Shown here piece by piece: positions 1 through 10,209 of a DNA stretch of 64,000 nucleotides. The notes under the pieces were generated by a model. That model saw only the letters and a program-made list of their open reading frames with translations, ran no database searches and was not told the origin of the DNA. The stretch lies in contig JAWMAR010000070.1 in NCBI GenBank assembly GCA_036785375.1, forward strand, positions 7,192,001-7,256,000. Direction: 5' to 3'. This stretch comes from Leucoraja ocellata. Taxonomy: Eukaryota. Both the position numbers and the translations under genes were made by a program. How positions within the stretch are numbered: the stretch's first letter is position 1; each line of letters opens with the position of its first letter.

Positions 1-3
1 TCT

Positions 4-548
4 GTGAGTGATGGGGGTGGGATTGTCTCTGTTCACTGTTCCCCCAGTTCAGAAGCCTGATAGCAGAGGGGAAGAAGCTGTTCCTGAGTCTGGTGGTGCG
101 CGCTTTCAAGCTTCTGTACCTTCTGCTAGACAGGACCAGGGAGAAGGAGGAATGACCGGGGTGGGACAAGTGATGGAGTCATAGAGTCACAGCGAGACCT
201 TCGGCCCAACTTGCCCGCGCCCACCAATGTGTCCCCATCAATACTAGACCCACCTGCCTGCGTTTGGCCCTTACCCCTCTAATCCTGTCCTATCAATGTA
301 CCTGTCTAACTGTTTCTTAATCATTGTGATAGTACCTGCCCCAACTACCTCTTCCGGCAGCTCGTTCCAAACACCCTCCACCCTTTGTGTAAAAAAGTCA
401 CCCCTCAGTTTCCCATGAAATCTTTCCCCCCCCCTCGCCTTAAACCGATGTCCTCTGGTTCTCGATTCCCCAACTCTGGGCGGGTTCAGGGAATGTCATC
501 ATGAATCCTACTGAGTTGCAATAAGGTGACCCATTGTTTCACCCACAG
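4..548 (+). other. Predicted 5'UTR intron of A1 (paralogous introns: 6587-7133, 14556-15098, 41503-42047 on +; 38443-38988, 56608-57152 on -)
   Basis: GTGAGT donor at 4 and TTGTTTCACCCACAG acceptor ending at 548, 4 nt before the ATG; filled with decayed LINE fragments. Confidence 0.7.
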
Positions 549-552
549 GAAC

Positions 553-1092
553 ATGGGACTGCAGAGATGGATAGGATTCATGGTCCTTGTGGAGATGGTG
601 TGGCAAGTCTCCGCAACTGGAACAGGTCCGATCTCCAGAGAATGGGGAGAGGAAGCAAACTTGGCCGGGCGGAACACACGGGCGTATTTCAAAGTCACCA
701 ATGAACCGCTTCCAAGATGCACGAACGAGTCAGATTCTGATGCCATCAGTCATCACCCATCACCGATTAACAAGAAGGTGCTCGTTGCATCTCTGGGTGG
801 TTCTGTTACGTTGCCATGTAATATATCCATCCTTAAAAATCATTACAGGGTTGTTCAATGGAAAAAAGATGGTGTTCAAATTGCCAGTTTCCATGAGAGA
901 GCGTATGCGCGTTATACGGGGTCTGATGTTCACTGGAAGTTCGTTGATCACGACGTCTATATGGCTCAGGACGCCACGTTGCTCCTGACAGGTGTAAAAG
1001 AGGAAGATACAGGGACGTATTCCTGTGTTTGGTTCCATTATAGAGATAGACCGTTTTGTGAATTATTGATGCAGCTGATGATCTCTCACTGA
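553..1092 (+). CDS. Secreted single V-set Ig-domain protein, subfamily A copy 1 (A1), 179 aa
   Basis: ATG 553 in strong Kozak context (GGAACATGG) just after a splice acceptor (TTGTTTCACCCACAG, AG at 547-548); the ORF-track GTG start at 526 lies in the intron. Hydrophobic leader MGLQRWIGFMVLVEMVWQVSA. V-set hallmarks: GGSVTLPC, VQW, DATLLL, EDTGTYSC, about 68 aa between the canonical Cys. Stop right after the G strand, no TM segment. Confidence 0.88.
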   Translation: MGLQRWIGFMVLVEMVWQVSATGTGPISREWGEEANLAGRNTRAYFKVTNEPLPRCTNESDSDAISHHPSPINKKVLVASLGGSVTLPCNISILKNHYRVVQWKKDGVQIASFHERAYARYTGSDVHWKFVDHDVYMAQDATLLLTGVKEEDTGTYSCVWFHYRDRPFCELLMQLMISH

Positions 1093-1964
1093 TTCAGCAG
1101 GGCCAGTCCCAGGGTCAGTAACAAAGTCTAGTCTAGTTTAGTTTCGTTCAGAGGTACAACAGGGAAACAAGCCCTTCGGCCACAGAGTCAATGGGGACCA
1201 GTGATCACCCCATATACTAGTTCTATCCCACACACTAGATACAATTTACACTGACCAATTAACCTACAAACCTGCACGTCTCTGGGGTGTGGGACGAAAC
1301 CGGAGCTCCCGGATTCCAAAGAGGAAGGAAGATTCCAAGGGGAGTTAGGGGCGACCGTGGCTGACAAGGGAAGTCAGGGACACTATCACAAATGCATTTC
1401 GTTGTCTCTGTTCTGTACACTGACAATGACAATTAAATTGAATCTGAATCTGATAAAAGTGAACAGGTATAACGTTGCAAAGATGAGCGGAAAGCCAGGG
1501 GATTAGGTAACTCTTTTAAAGAGCAACAGAAGATAACTAAAAAAGCAATACGGGGAGAAAAGATGAGGTATGAAGGTAAGATAGCCAAGAATAGAAAGGA
1601 GGATCGTAAAAGCTTCTTTAGATATGTGAAAAAAATTAGTTCAGACTAAAATTGGTCCTTTATAGACTAAAAACTTTGGATCCGTCTTCACTAAGGAGAA
1701 CACAAACAATCTCCCTGATGTACTAGTGGCCAGAGGATCTGGGGACAACGGAGAGCCAGTGGATGTAGTGTACCTGGACTTGCAGGAAGTATTTGATAAG
1801 GTCCCACATAGGAGATTAGTGGGCAAAATTAGAGCACATGGTATTGGGGGAAGGGCCTGTTTCCATATTGTTTGACTCTGACACTAAGTAGGGAATAGTA
1901 AAGGTATAAAGATGAGCAGCGTGGAAGGTGTGAGCGTGGATCGCCTGCAGTGAGGAGAACTGAC

Positions 1965-2115
1965 CTTGCTTGCACCGGTAAATGTACGTTTAATTTAAAT
2001 AAACTTTCCTCTGCCTGCCCTGAAGACAGCCGGTGTGAGTGATTCTTTGTACGCCAGCATTGAGTTGGGTGTGAACTTTGTGCAACTTTTGCTCACTACG
2101 GGCAACATCGCCGGA
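1965..2115 (+). terminator. Conserved polyadenylation module of A1 (A2 AATAAA 8585-8590; A4 43436-43441)
   Basis: AATAAA 1998-2003 followed by GT-rich GTGTGAGTGATTCTTTGT; the same block lies downstream of every intact A and B gene in gene orientation. Confidence 0.6.
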
Positions 2116-2118
2116 TTA

Positions 2119-2280
2119 AAGGGCCTGTCCCACGAGCATGCGACTCCATGCGGCAAGCGCGACCTAACGTGGTCACTTGAGCCGTACGGCCTCGCGGGGC
2201 CGGTCCCACTTTGATCGCCGGAGCCGTATGGAGTTGTGTGGAGCTGGTCCCGACATCGCGCGGGGCTCTGAAAAACTGAA
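2119..2280 (+). mobile_element. Truncated MITE-like fragment, possibly PIF/Harbinger type (also about 8706, 43558; related end at about 39530, 53163, 57695)
   Basis: Begins TAA|AGGGCCTGTCCCAC exactly where similarity to the B-gene 3' module stops; no second terminus found. Confidence 0.4.
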
Positions 2281-2289
2281 TATGTTAGG

Positions 2290-2570
2290 ATATGGAAACA
2301 GGTTCTTCGGCCCACCGAGTCTAACCCAACCAGTGATCACCCCTACACTAGTTCTAACCTACACACTAGGGACAATTTACTGAAGCCAATTAACCATCAA
2401 ATCTACACGTCTTTGTAATCTGAAAGGGAACCAGAGCACCCGGAGGAAACCCACATGGTCCCAGGGACAATGTACATACACTGTACAGACAGTGCCCGTA
2501 GTTACCATCGAAGGCGGGTCTCTAGCGCTGTAAGGCAGCAACTCTACCGCTGCGCCACTGTACCGCCCCT
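2290..2570 (-). mobile_element. HE1-like tRNA-derived SINE (other copies about 1140-1315, 8880-9155, 15690-15900, 18078-18310 +, 34090-34325, 43735-44005, 48480-48715 +)
   Basis: Reverse complement starts GGGCGGTACAGTGGCGCAGCGGTAGAGTTGCTGCCTTACAGCGCTAGAGACCCG, a tRNA-like head with A/B boxes typical of elasmobranch SINEs. Confidence 0.75.
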
Positions 2571-3340
2571 GCATTGCCCTCGTGCATTGTTAGGGCTGCT
2601 GATTAGAGTCCAGTTTTGACCCTCGTTGGGTGTCAATTGTGGTTGTCAAGGAGCTTTCTTACCTCCGTATGGAGCCTGGTCTTCCAGTTATAGACCCACA
2701 CCACCCTGGCCACACTCTCTTATCACCACTACTGAGGGGAAGGTACAGGAGCCTGAGAACCGTGAGCTCCAGGTTCAAGAGCAGCTTCTTCCCAGCAAGC
2801 ACAAGGTTGTTGAACCAGCCTGCACAACCCCAACCACAACCCTACGCCACTCACCACAACCCTACACAACCCTGATGGACACTGCACCACTGGTGATGCC
2901 CCACGTACGTTGTCTTGTACTATCATGGTCTGGTTTACTTGGAATAACTGAGACCTTATTGTGTACTTATGGTGTAAGTATATAATCATGATAGGCCAGG
3001 GTAGACAGTGGAGGGCTGCCACTACAGAGCCGCCCATAGACCTGATAGAATTATATAAAGTTACTGTGCAGACCAAGTACAAACCCAACGCAATATTCCA
3101 CCACTCACCCATTCCCCAACGCTATATTTCACCACTCACTCATAGCCCCTAATTGTGCAGGAGCGGCTCATTTCTCCGTTTCCCCTCTTCCTCCTCTTCA
3201 CCCTCCCTCTTCAATACCTAGAGAGGGAGGAGGGGTAGAGGGAGGGGGTAGAGAGGGAGAGAGGCAGAGAGAAAGGGGGTAGAGAGAGAGTGGGAAGGGG
3301 TAGAGGGTGAGGGGGGGGGGGGGGTAGAGTGGGGTGGAGG

Positions 3341-3874
3341 GATTAAATACATTCTTCTCAAGCTTACCCCCAGTCTAGTTCAGTCAAAAACCACTGAGTC
3401 AAGCACTGGAACAATTAATCTTTATTTTTGGACTGTACATCTAATTCAACTACACGATACCTAAACCACTGCGGGTTCGATCCTTGTATCTGCTTGGCCA
3501 AACCCTTCAGCCTCGTGCAAGCAGAAACACTCCAAAAGGTCACGCTGTCCCAAGGATTCTTCCAGAAGATCGACAAAGGACCTCGTGGGGGCTGCCTTTT
3601 ATAAGTCCCCGAACCTTGAGGGGCCGAACTACATAGGGGTGGTCTCTTTACAATCCAATCAAACATATTAATTACATCAGTATATTATAGACAGTTCCCC
3701 AGACCACTAACAGATCCCATACATTGTTTCAGGAGAAGCTTCTGGAAGATACTAACTTAACTTGAATAATGCAACATTTACCCTGGAATTCAAACAAACC
3801 TGCCAGGGCTCAACACTTTAGCCAATCAACAAACAGTAGGATAACTGCCTGGCACATTATATACAATATTTACA
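3341..3874 (-). mobile_element. Solo-LTR-like sequence (paralog 10039-12384, split by CR1)
   Basis: On the - strand it starts TGTAAATATTG, has TATAAAAG and AATAAA in order, and ends TTAATCA in the paralog; no TSD seen. Confidence 0.35.
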
Positions 3875-4169
3875 ATGCTGTTGCAGTAATCCAATCAACC
3901 ATGCATTTACACTTCATTGGAGGTCATCTCCTTGCACGGAAATCGGCATCAAAACATGGGGGTGCACAATTCCATGGCGGCACACATGCACACGTGTGCA
4001 TGCGGCACACACGCGAGAATTCGGCCATGGGCCCTGTGGACGGTAACATCGGGAGCTGACTTGGTTGGTGACCGACTCCGAACTCCAGCAACAGCAGCTT
4101 CGTCCGCCCGGAATCGTGAGGCTTGAATCGGCCCGTTCGCGGGGCCTTTCATCGCCCGACGGGGGTTTC

Positions 4170-4937
4170 AACATTGGTATTGATGTGGATAGAGAACTGG
4201 CTGGCAGACAGAAAGCAAAGAGTAGGAGTAAACGGGTCCTTTTCAGAATGGCAGGCAGTGACTAGTGGGGTACTGCAAGACTCAGTGCTGGGACCCCAGC
4301 TATTTACGATATATATTAATGATCTGGATGAGGGAGTTGAATGCAACATCTCCAAGTTTGCAGATGACACGAAATGGGGGGCAGTGTTAGCTGTGAGGAG
4401 GATGCTAGGAGGCTGCAAGGTGACTTGGATATGTTGGGTGAGTGGGCAAATGCATGGAAGATGCAGTATAATGTGGATAAATGTGAGGTTATCCATTTTG
4501 GTGTAAAAAACAGGAAAGTAGATTATTATCTGAATGGTGGCCGATTAGGAAAAGGGGAGATGCAACGAGACCTGGGTGTCATGGTACACCAGTCATTAAA
4601 AGTGGGCATGCAGGTGCAGCAGGCAGTGAAGAAAGAGAATGGTATGTTAGCATTCATAGCAAAAGGATTTGAGTATAAGAGCAGGGAGGTTCTACTGCAG
4701 TTGTACAGGGTCTTGGTGAGACCACACCTGGAGTATTGCGTACAGTTTTGGTCTCCTAATCTGAGGAAGGACATTCTTGCCATAGAGGGAGTACAGAGAA
4801 GGTTCACCAGACTGATTCCTGGGATGTCAGGACTTTATGGCATACTGAGTTGGATGATCAGTATAATCATATTAAATGGCAGTGCAGGCTCGAAGGGCCG
4901 AATGGCCTACTCCTGCACCTATTTTCTACGTTTCTAT
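4170..4937 (+). mobile_element. CR1/HER1 LINE fragment, internally deleted
   Basis: RT-domain peptide [13 protein letters not shown]...FADDTK, VRPHLEYCVQFW; CR1 3' tail. Confidence 0.85.
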
Positions 4938-6254
4938 GGGAGCCTCGATCGCCTCGATGCAGCAGTTTGATTTTAAGCCGCTCGGGCGCTGAAAGGCCCC
5001 GCGAACGGGACGATTCTGCCCATAGAAAGCGTCTGATAAAGTCCGGAACACAAAACATGGGCGGGGGGGGGAATCGTCCCCCACCTCCCAAAGCATAGGG
5101 AGACGTGCCCCCTGTTCCCCCCCCCCCCCAGGATTTCCGCCCATGGCGGTCACGATATCTCCTTCACCGCCGCAGTCTCGACGCCTCTTTGATGGCCGCG
5201 AAAAACCCCATGTGGGGCGTAGAAGGCCGGGTCGGATAAAGCGGAAAGTTAATTTCAATGAGGTCCTCCCCCTGACATCACTGGAAGCTGCTGGTCGACC
5301 ACTCCCCCTTTGTGACATCACTCGAAGCGGGGTGAAGGTTTGCCGTTTAATAAGTTGGTTTTCACTATTTTTAAAACGCTATAACTTGTGAACTACAGCA
5401 TGTAATGTGAAGTGGAGGAGTTTATTTTGTCAAAGGGGTTAATGTGATTAATAATGTGCGGAGGAGGGGAGGAGGAGAGGGGAGAGAAGGAGGAGGGTGT
5501 AGACGAGGGGGAGGGAGTGTAAGAGACTCGCCTGCGCAGTTGTGGGGTATGGGTGAGTGGTGGAATATTACGTTGGGGGGACGGGTACATCGCAAAGGAA
5601 TCTCATTTAGATTTCTTGGGAGGAGGCTTTTCATTGTGGGGGGTGGAATTGCTGAGAGGTTTCATTTACTCCTTATTTATAAAATAATTACGATTGTGGG
5701 GAGGGGTGGGTTGGGGGCGGGGGCTCCCCGTTTCATTGTGGGGGGGTGGAGTAAGAGAGAGGTTTCATTTCCAGAATTTTCCTTGCTAGGGGATGGGGTG
5801 AGTATTGTGGGGTATGGGTGAGTGGTGGAATATTACGTTGGGGGAACGGGACCCAACGGGTCCCACTTGGTCTAGTTATCATTATTTATTTAATGTTTCA
5901 CGTTTACACCAATCTCTCCACCACCACGAACAAGCAGCACAAGACGCAACAAGACAGACACCATTTTATGCAGATGCCGAGAAGTGTGATCAGCTCTGGC
6001 TGAACAACTAATCTTGTGTGTGGATTCGATAAGCAGAAGATTTAATGTCATAGTGTTATACAGTCATAGAGTGATACAGCATGGAAACAGGCCCTTTGGC
6101 CCAACTTGCCCACATTGGACAACATGTCCCAGCTACACTAGTCCCACCTGTCCACGTTTGGTCCATATCCCTCCAAATCTGACCTATCCCTGTTCCTGTC
6201 TAGCAGTTTCTTAAACGTCGGGATAGTTTCTGCCTCAACTGCGATGAGTTGACC

Positions 6255-6586
6255 AGAACGAGACGTGGTGGAGACACAAGCAGGATGTGTGGGGCGCCTG
6301 GTTGGCCGCTGGCAGCTGGGATGACGTTGTTCTTGTTAAACGTTAACGGCTGATGCAACGACACGTTTGGCAGAGGGTGGAGAGGTCGCGGCTGACTCCG
6401 GCCAATGCTCCGTGGGAGGCAGTGATTGGTTGAATGTACGTGAGGGCAGACAATGAGGGGCAGGAGAAGCCGGGAGTCGGTATAAAAGGAGCGAGCGATG
6501 GCAGGAGATGAGAACAAGACCGACCCCGTCACCCTGTGTGGAGACTCCGGAGCTGGTAACCAACCCTGTGGATCCTTCAAGTGTCT
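6255..6586 (+). promoter_or_regulatory. A2 promoter and non-coding exon 1
   Basis: TATAAAAG 6481-6488; CCAAT 6402-6406; reverse ERSE CGTGG-N9-ATTGG 6411-6429; TGATGCAAC 6351-6359; TGACGT 6322-6327; splice donor GTGAGT 6587-6592. Confidence 0.75.
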
Positions 6587-7137
6587 GTGAGTGATGGGGG
6601 TGGGATTGTCTCTGTTCGCTGTTCCCCCAGTTCAGAAGCCTGATAGCAGAGGGGAAGAAGCTGTTCCTGAGTCTGGTGGTGCGCGCTTTCAAGCTTCTGT
6701 ACCTTCTGCTAGAGAGGACCAGGGAGAAGGAGGAATGACCGTGGGTGGGACAAGTGATGGAGTCATAGAGTCACAGCGAGACCTTCGGCCCAACTTGCCC
6801 GCGCCCACCAACGTGTCCCCATCAATACTAGACCCACCTGCCTGCGTTTGGCCCTTACCCCTCTAATCCTGTCCTATCAATGTACCTGTCTAACTGTTTC
6901 TTAATCATTGTGATAGTACCTGCCTCAACTACCTCTTCCGGCAGCTCGTTCCAAACAACCTCCACCCTTTGTGTAAAAAAGTCACCCCTCAGTTTCCCAT
7001 GAAATCTTTCCCCCCCCCCTCGCCTTAAACCGATGTCCTCTGGTTCTCGATTCCCCAACTCTGGGCGGGTTCAGGGAATGTCATCATGAATCCTACTGAG
7101 TTGCAATAAGGTGACCCATTGTTTCACCCACAGGAAC

Positions 7138-7674
7138 ATGGGACTGCAGAGATGGATAGGATTCATGGTCCTTGTGGAGATGGTGTGGCAAGTCTCCGCA
7201 ACTGGAACAGGTCCGATCTCCAGAGAATGGGGAGAGGAAGCAAACTTGGCCGGGCGGAACGCACGGGCTCCTCGACAAGTCACCAATGAAACGCTTCCAA
7301 GATGCACGAACGAGTCAGATTCTGATGCCATCAGTCATCACCTATCAACGATTAACAAGAAGGTGCTCGTTGCATCTCTGGGTGGTTCTGTTACTTTGCC
7401 ATGTAATGTATCCAACGTTGACAATAGTCCCGAGGTTACATGGAATAAAGATGGTGTTGAAATTGCCTATTTCCATAGTAGAGTGCATGAGCGTTATACA
7501 GGATCTGATGTTCACTGGAAGTTCGTGCAACGAAACGTCCTTTGGGAACAGGACGCCACGTTGCTCCTGACAGGTGTAAAAGAGGAAGATAAAGGGACGT
7601 ATTCCTGTGTTTGGATCAAGTATCGTCAGAAACCGGTTTGTGAATTATTGATGCAGCTGATGATCTCTCACTGA
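7138..7674 (+). CDS. Secreted single V-set Ig-domain protein A2, 178 aa
   Basis: Same leader and acceptor as A1; GGSVTLPC...VTW...DATLLL...EDKGTYSC; intact ORF. Confidence 0.88.
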   Translation: MGLQRWIGFMVLVEMVWQVSATGTGPISREWGEEANLAGRNARAPRQVTNETLPRCTNESDSDAISHHLSTINKKVLVASLGGSVTLPCNVSNVDNSPEVTWNKDGVEIAYFHSRVHERYTGSDVHWKFVQRNVLWEQDATLLLTGVKEEDKGTYSCVWIKYRQKPVCELLMQLMISH

Positions 7675-9529
7675 TTCAGCAGGGCCAGTCCCAGGGTCAG
7701 TAACAAAGTCTAGTTTAGTTTAGTTTAGTTCCGTTCAGAGGTACAACAGGGAAACAAGCCCTTCGGCCACAGAGTCAATGGGGACCAGTGATCACCCCAT
7801 ATACTAGTTCTATCCCACACACTAGATACAATTTACACTGACCAATTAACCTACAAACCTGCACGTCTCTGGGGTGTGGGACGAAACCGGAGCTCCCGGA
7901 TTCCAAAGAGGAAGGAAGATTCCAAGGGGAGTTAGGGGCGACCGTGGCTGACAAGGGAAGTCAGGGACACTATCACAAATGCATTTCGTTGTCTCTGTTC
8001 TGTACACTGACAATGACAATTAAATTGAATCTGAATCTGATAAAAGTGAACAGGTATAACGTTGCAAAGATGAGCGGAAAGCCAGGGGATTAGGTAACTC
8101 TTTTAAAGAGCAACAGAAGATAACTAAAAAAGCAATACGGGGAGAAAAGATGAGGTATGAAGGTAAGATAGCCAAGAATAGAAAGGAGGATCGTAAAAGC
8201 TTCTTTAGATATGTGAAAAAAATTAGTTCAGACTAAAATTGGTCCTTTATAGACTAAAAACTTTGGATCCGTCTTCACTAAGGAGAACACAAACAATCTC
8301 CCTGATGTACTAGTGGCCAGGGGATCTGGGGACAATGGAGAGCCAGTGGATGTAGTGTACCTGGACTTGCAGGAAGTATTTGATAAGGTCCCACATAGGA
8401 GATTAGTGGGCAAAATGAGAGCACATGGTATTGGGGGAAGGGCCTGTTTCCATATTGTTTGACTCTGACACTAAGTAGGGAATAGTAAAGGTATAAAGAT
8501 GAGCAGCGTGGAAGGTGTGAGCGTGGATCACATGCAGTGAGGAGAACTGGCCTTGCTTGCACCGGTAAATGTACGTTTAATTTAAATAAACTTTCTTCTG
8601 CCTGCCCTGAAGACAGCCGGTGTGAGTGATTCTTTGTACGCCAGCATTGAGTTGGGTGTGAACTTTGTGCAACTTTTGCTCACTACGGGCAACATCGCCG
8701 GATTAAAGGGCCAGTCCCACGAGCATGCGACTCCATGCGGCAAGCGCGACCTAACGTGGTCACTTGAGCCGTACGGCCTCGCGGGACCGGTCCCACTTTG
8801 ATCGCCGGAGCCGTATGGAGTTGTGTGGAGCTGGTCCCGACATCGCGCGGGGCTCTGAAAAACTGAATATGTTAGGAAATGGAAACAGGTTCTTCGGCCC
8901 ACCGAGTCTAACCCAACCAGTGATCACCCCTACACTAGTTCTAACCTACACACTAGGGACAATTTACTGAAGCCAATTAACCTACAAATCTACACGTCTT
9001 TGTAATCTGAAAGGAAACCAGAGCACCCGGAGGAAACCCACATGGTCCCAGGGACAATGTACATACACTGTACAGACAGTGCCCGTAGTCACCATCGAAG
9101 GCGGGTCTCTAGCGCTGTAAGGCAGCAACTCTACCGCGGCGCCACTGTACCGCCCCTGCATTGCCCTCGTGCATTGTTAGGGCTGCTGATTAGAGTCCAG
9201 TTTTGACCCTCGTTGGGTGTCAATTGTGGTTGTCAAGGAGCTTTCTTACCTCCGTATGGAGCCTGGTCTTCCAGTTATAGGCCCACACCACCCTGGCCAC
9301 ACTCTCTTATCACCACTACTGAGGGGAAGGTACAGGAGCCTGAGAACCGTGAGCTCCAGGTTCAAGAGCAGCTTCTTCCCAGCAAGCACAAGGTTGTTGA
9401 ACCAGCCTGCACAACCCCAACCACAGCCCTACGCCACTCACCACAACCCTACACAACCCTGATGGACACTGCACCACTGGTGATATAAAGTTACTGAGCA
9501 GACCAAGTGCAGATCCATTGGGTCTGCTC

Positions 9530-9870
9530 CCCCAACGCAATATTCCACCACTCACCCGTTCCCCAACGCAATATTCCACCACTCACCCGTTCCCCAACGC
9601 TATATTCCACCACTCACCCGTTCCCCAACGCAATATTCCACCACTCACCCGTTCCCCAAAGCAATATTCCACCACTCACCCGCTCCTCAACACTATATTC
9701 CACCACTCACCCGTTCCCCAACGCAATATTCCACCACTCACCCGTTCCCCAACGCAATATTCCACCACTCACCCGTTCCCCAACGCTATATTGCACCACT
9801 CACCCATTCCCCAACGCAATATTCCACCACTCACCCGCTCCCCAACATTATATTCCACCACTCACTCATA
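9530..9870. repeat. 31-bp minisatellite, about 11 copies (CCCCAACGCAATATTCCACCACTCACCCGTT)
   Basis: Period of 31 seen directly (AACG at 9534, 9565, 9596); only about 2 units at the paralogous site 3083-3150. Confidence 0.9.
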
Positions 9871-10209
9871 GCCCCCAACTCTGGAGGCGCGGCTCATTTT
9901 GCCGCATCCCCTCGTCCTACTCTTCACCCTCCCTCTTCAATACCTAGAGAGAGAGAGGAGGGGGAGAGAAGGAGAGAGGCAGAGAGAAAGGAGGTAGAGA
10001 GAGAGTGGGAAGGGGTAGAGGGAGAAGGAGGGTGGTAGTGATTAAATACATTCTTCTCAAGCTTACCCCCAGTCTAGTTCAGTCAAAAACCACTGAGTCA
10101 AGCACTGGAACAACTAAACTTTATTTTTGGACTGTACATCAAATTCCCCCACACGATACCTAAACCACTGCGGGTTCAATCCTTGTATCTGCTTGGCCAA
10201 GCCCTTCAG

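Larger units (their letters stand above)
3068..5876 (+). mobile_element. Helitron/Helentron-like non-autonomous element ends enclosing nested repeats (paralog about 9498-13845)
   Basis: 5' AGACCAAGT and 3' ACTTGGTCT subterminal inverted repeats; GC hairpin GGGACCC-AAC-GGGTCCC 5848-5864 then CTAG-T 5872-5876; an internal 31-bp motif is inverted at the two ends. Confidence 0.45.

Noticed and set aside
526-552. ORF-track N-terminus MTHCFTHRN on every paralog
   Set aside because: It starts at GTG inside the polypyrimidine tract and acceptor; the ATG 27 nt later has a strong Kozak context and begins the signal peptide.
553-1092. Assignment as IgNAR, Ig light chain or TCR V genes
   Set aside because: No split leader, no WYxQ or FGxG motifs, no constant exons; the C'/C'' region is full length, unlike VNAR.
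6498-6586. Upstream ATGs near exon 1 as an alternative coding start
   Set aside because: They lie at or before the expected TSS; the 6508 ATG hits a stop at the predicted splice junction (T|GA).
9530-9870. 31-bp repeat array resembling a CRISPR array
   Set aside because: Units are head-to-tail with no unique spacers, in a eukaryotic context.
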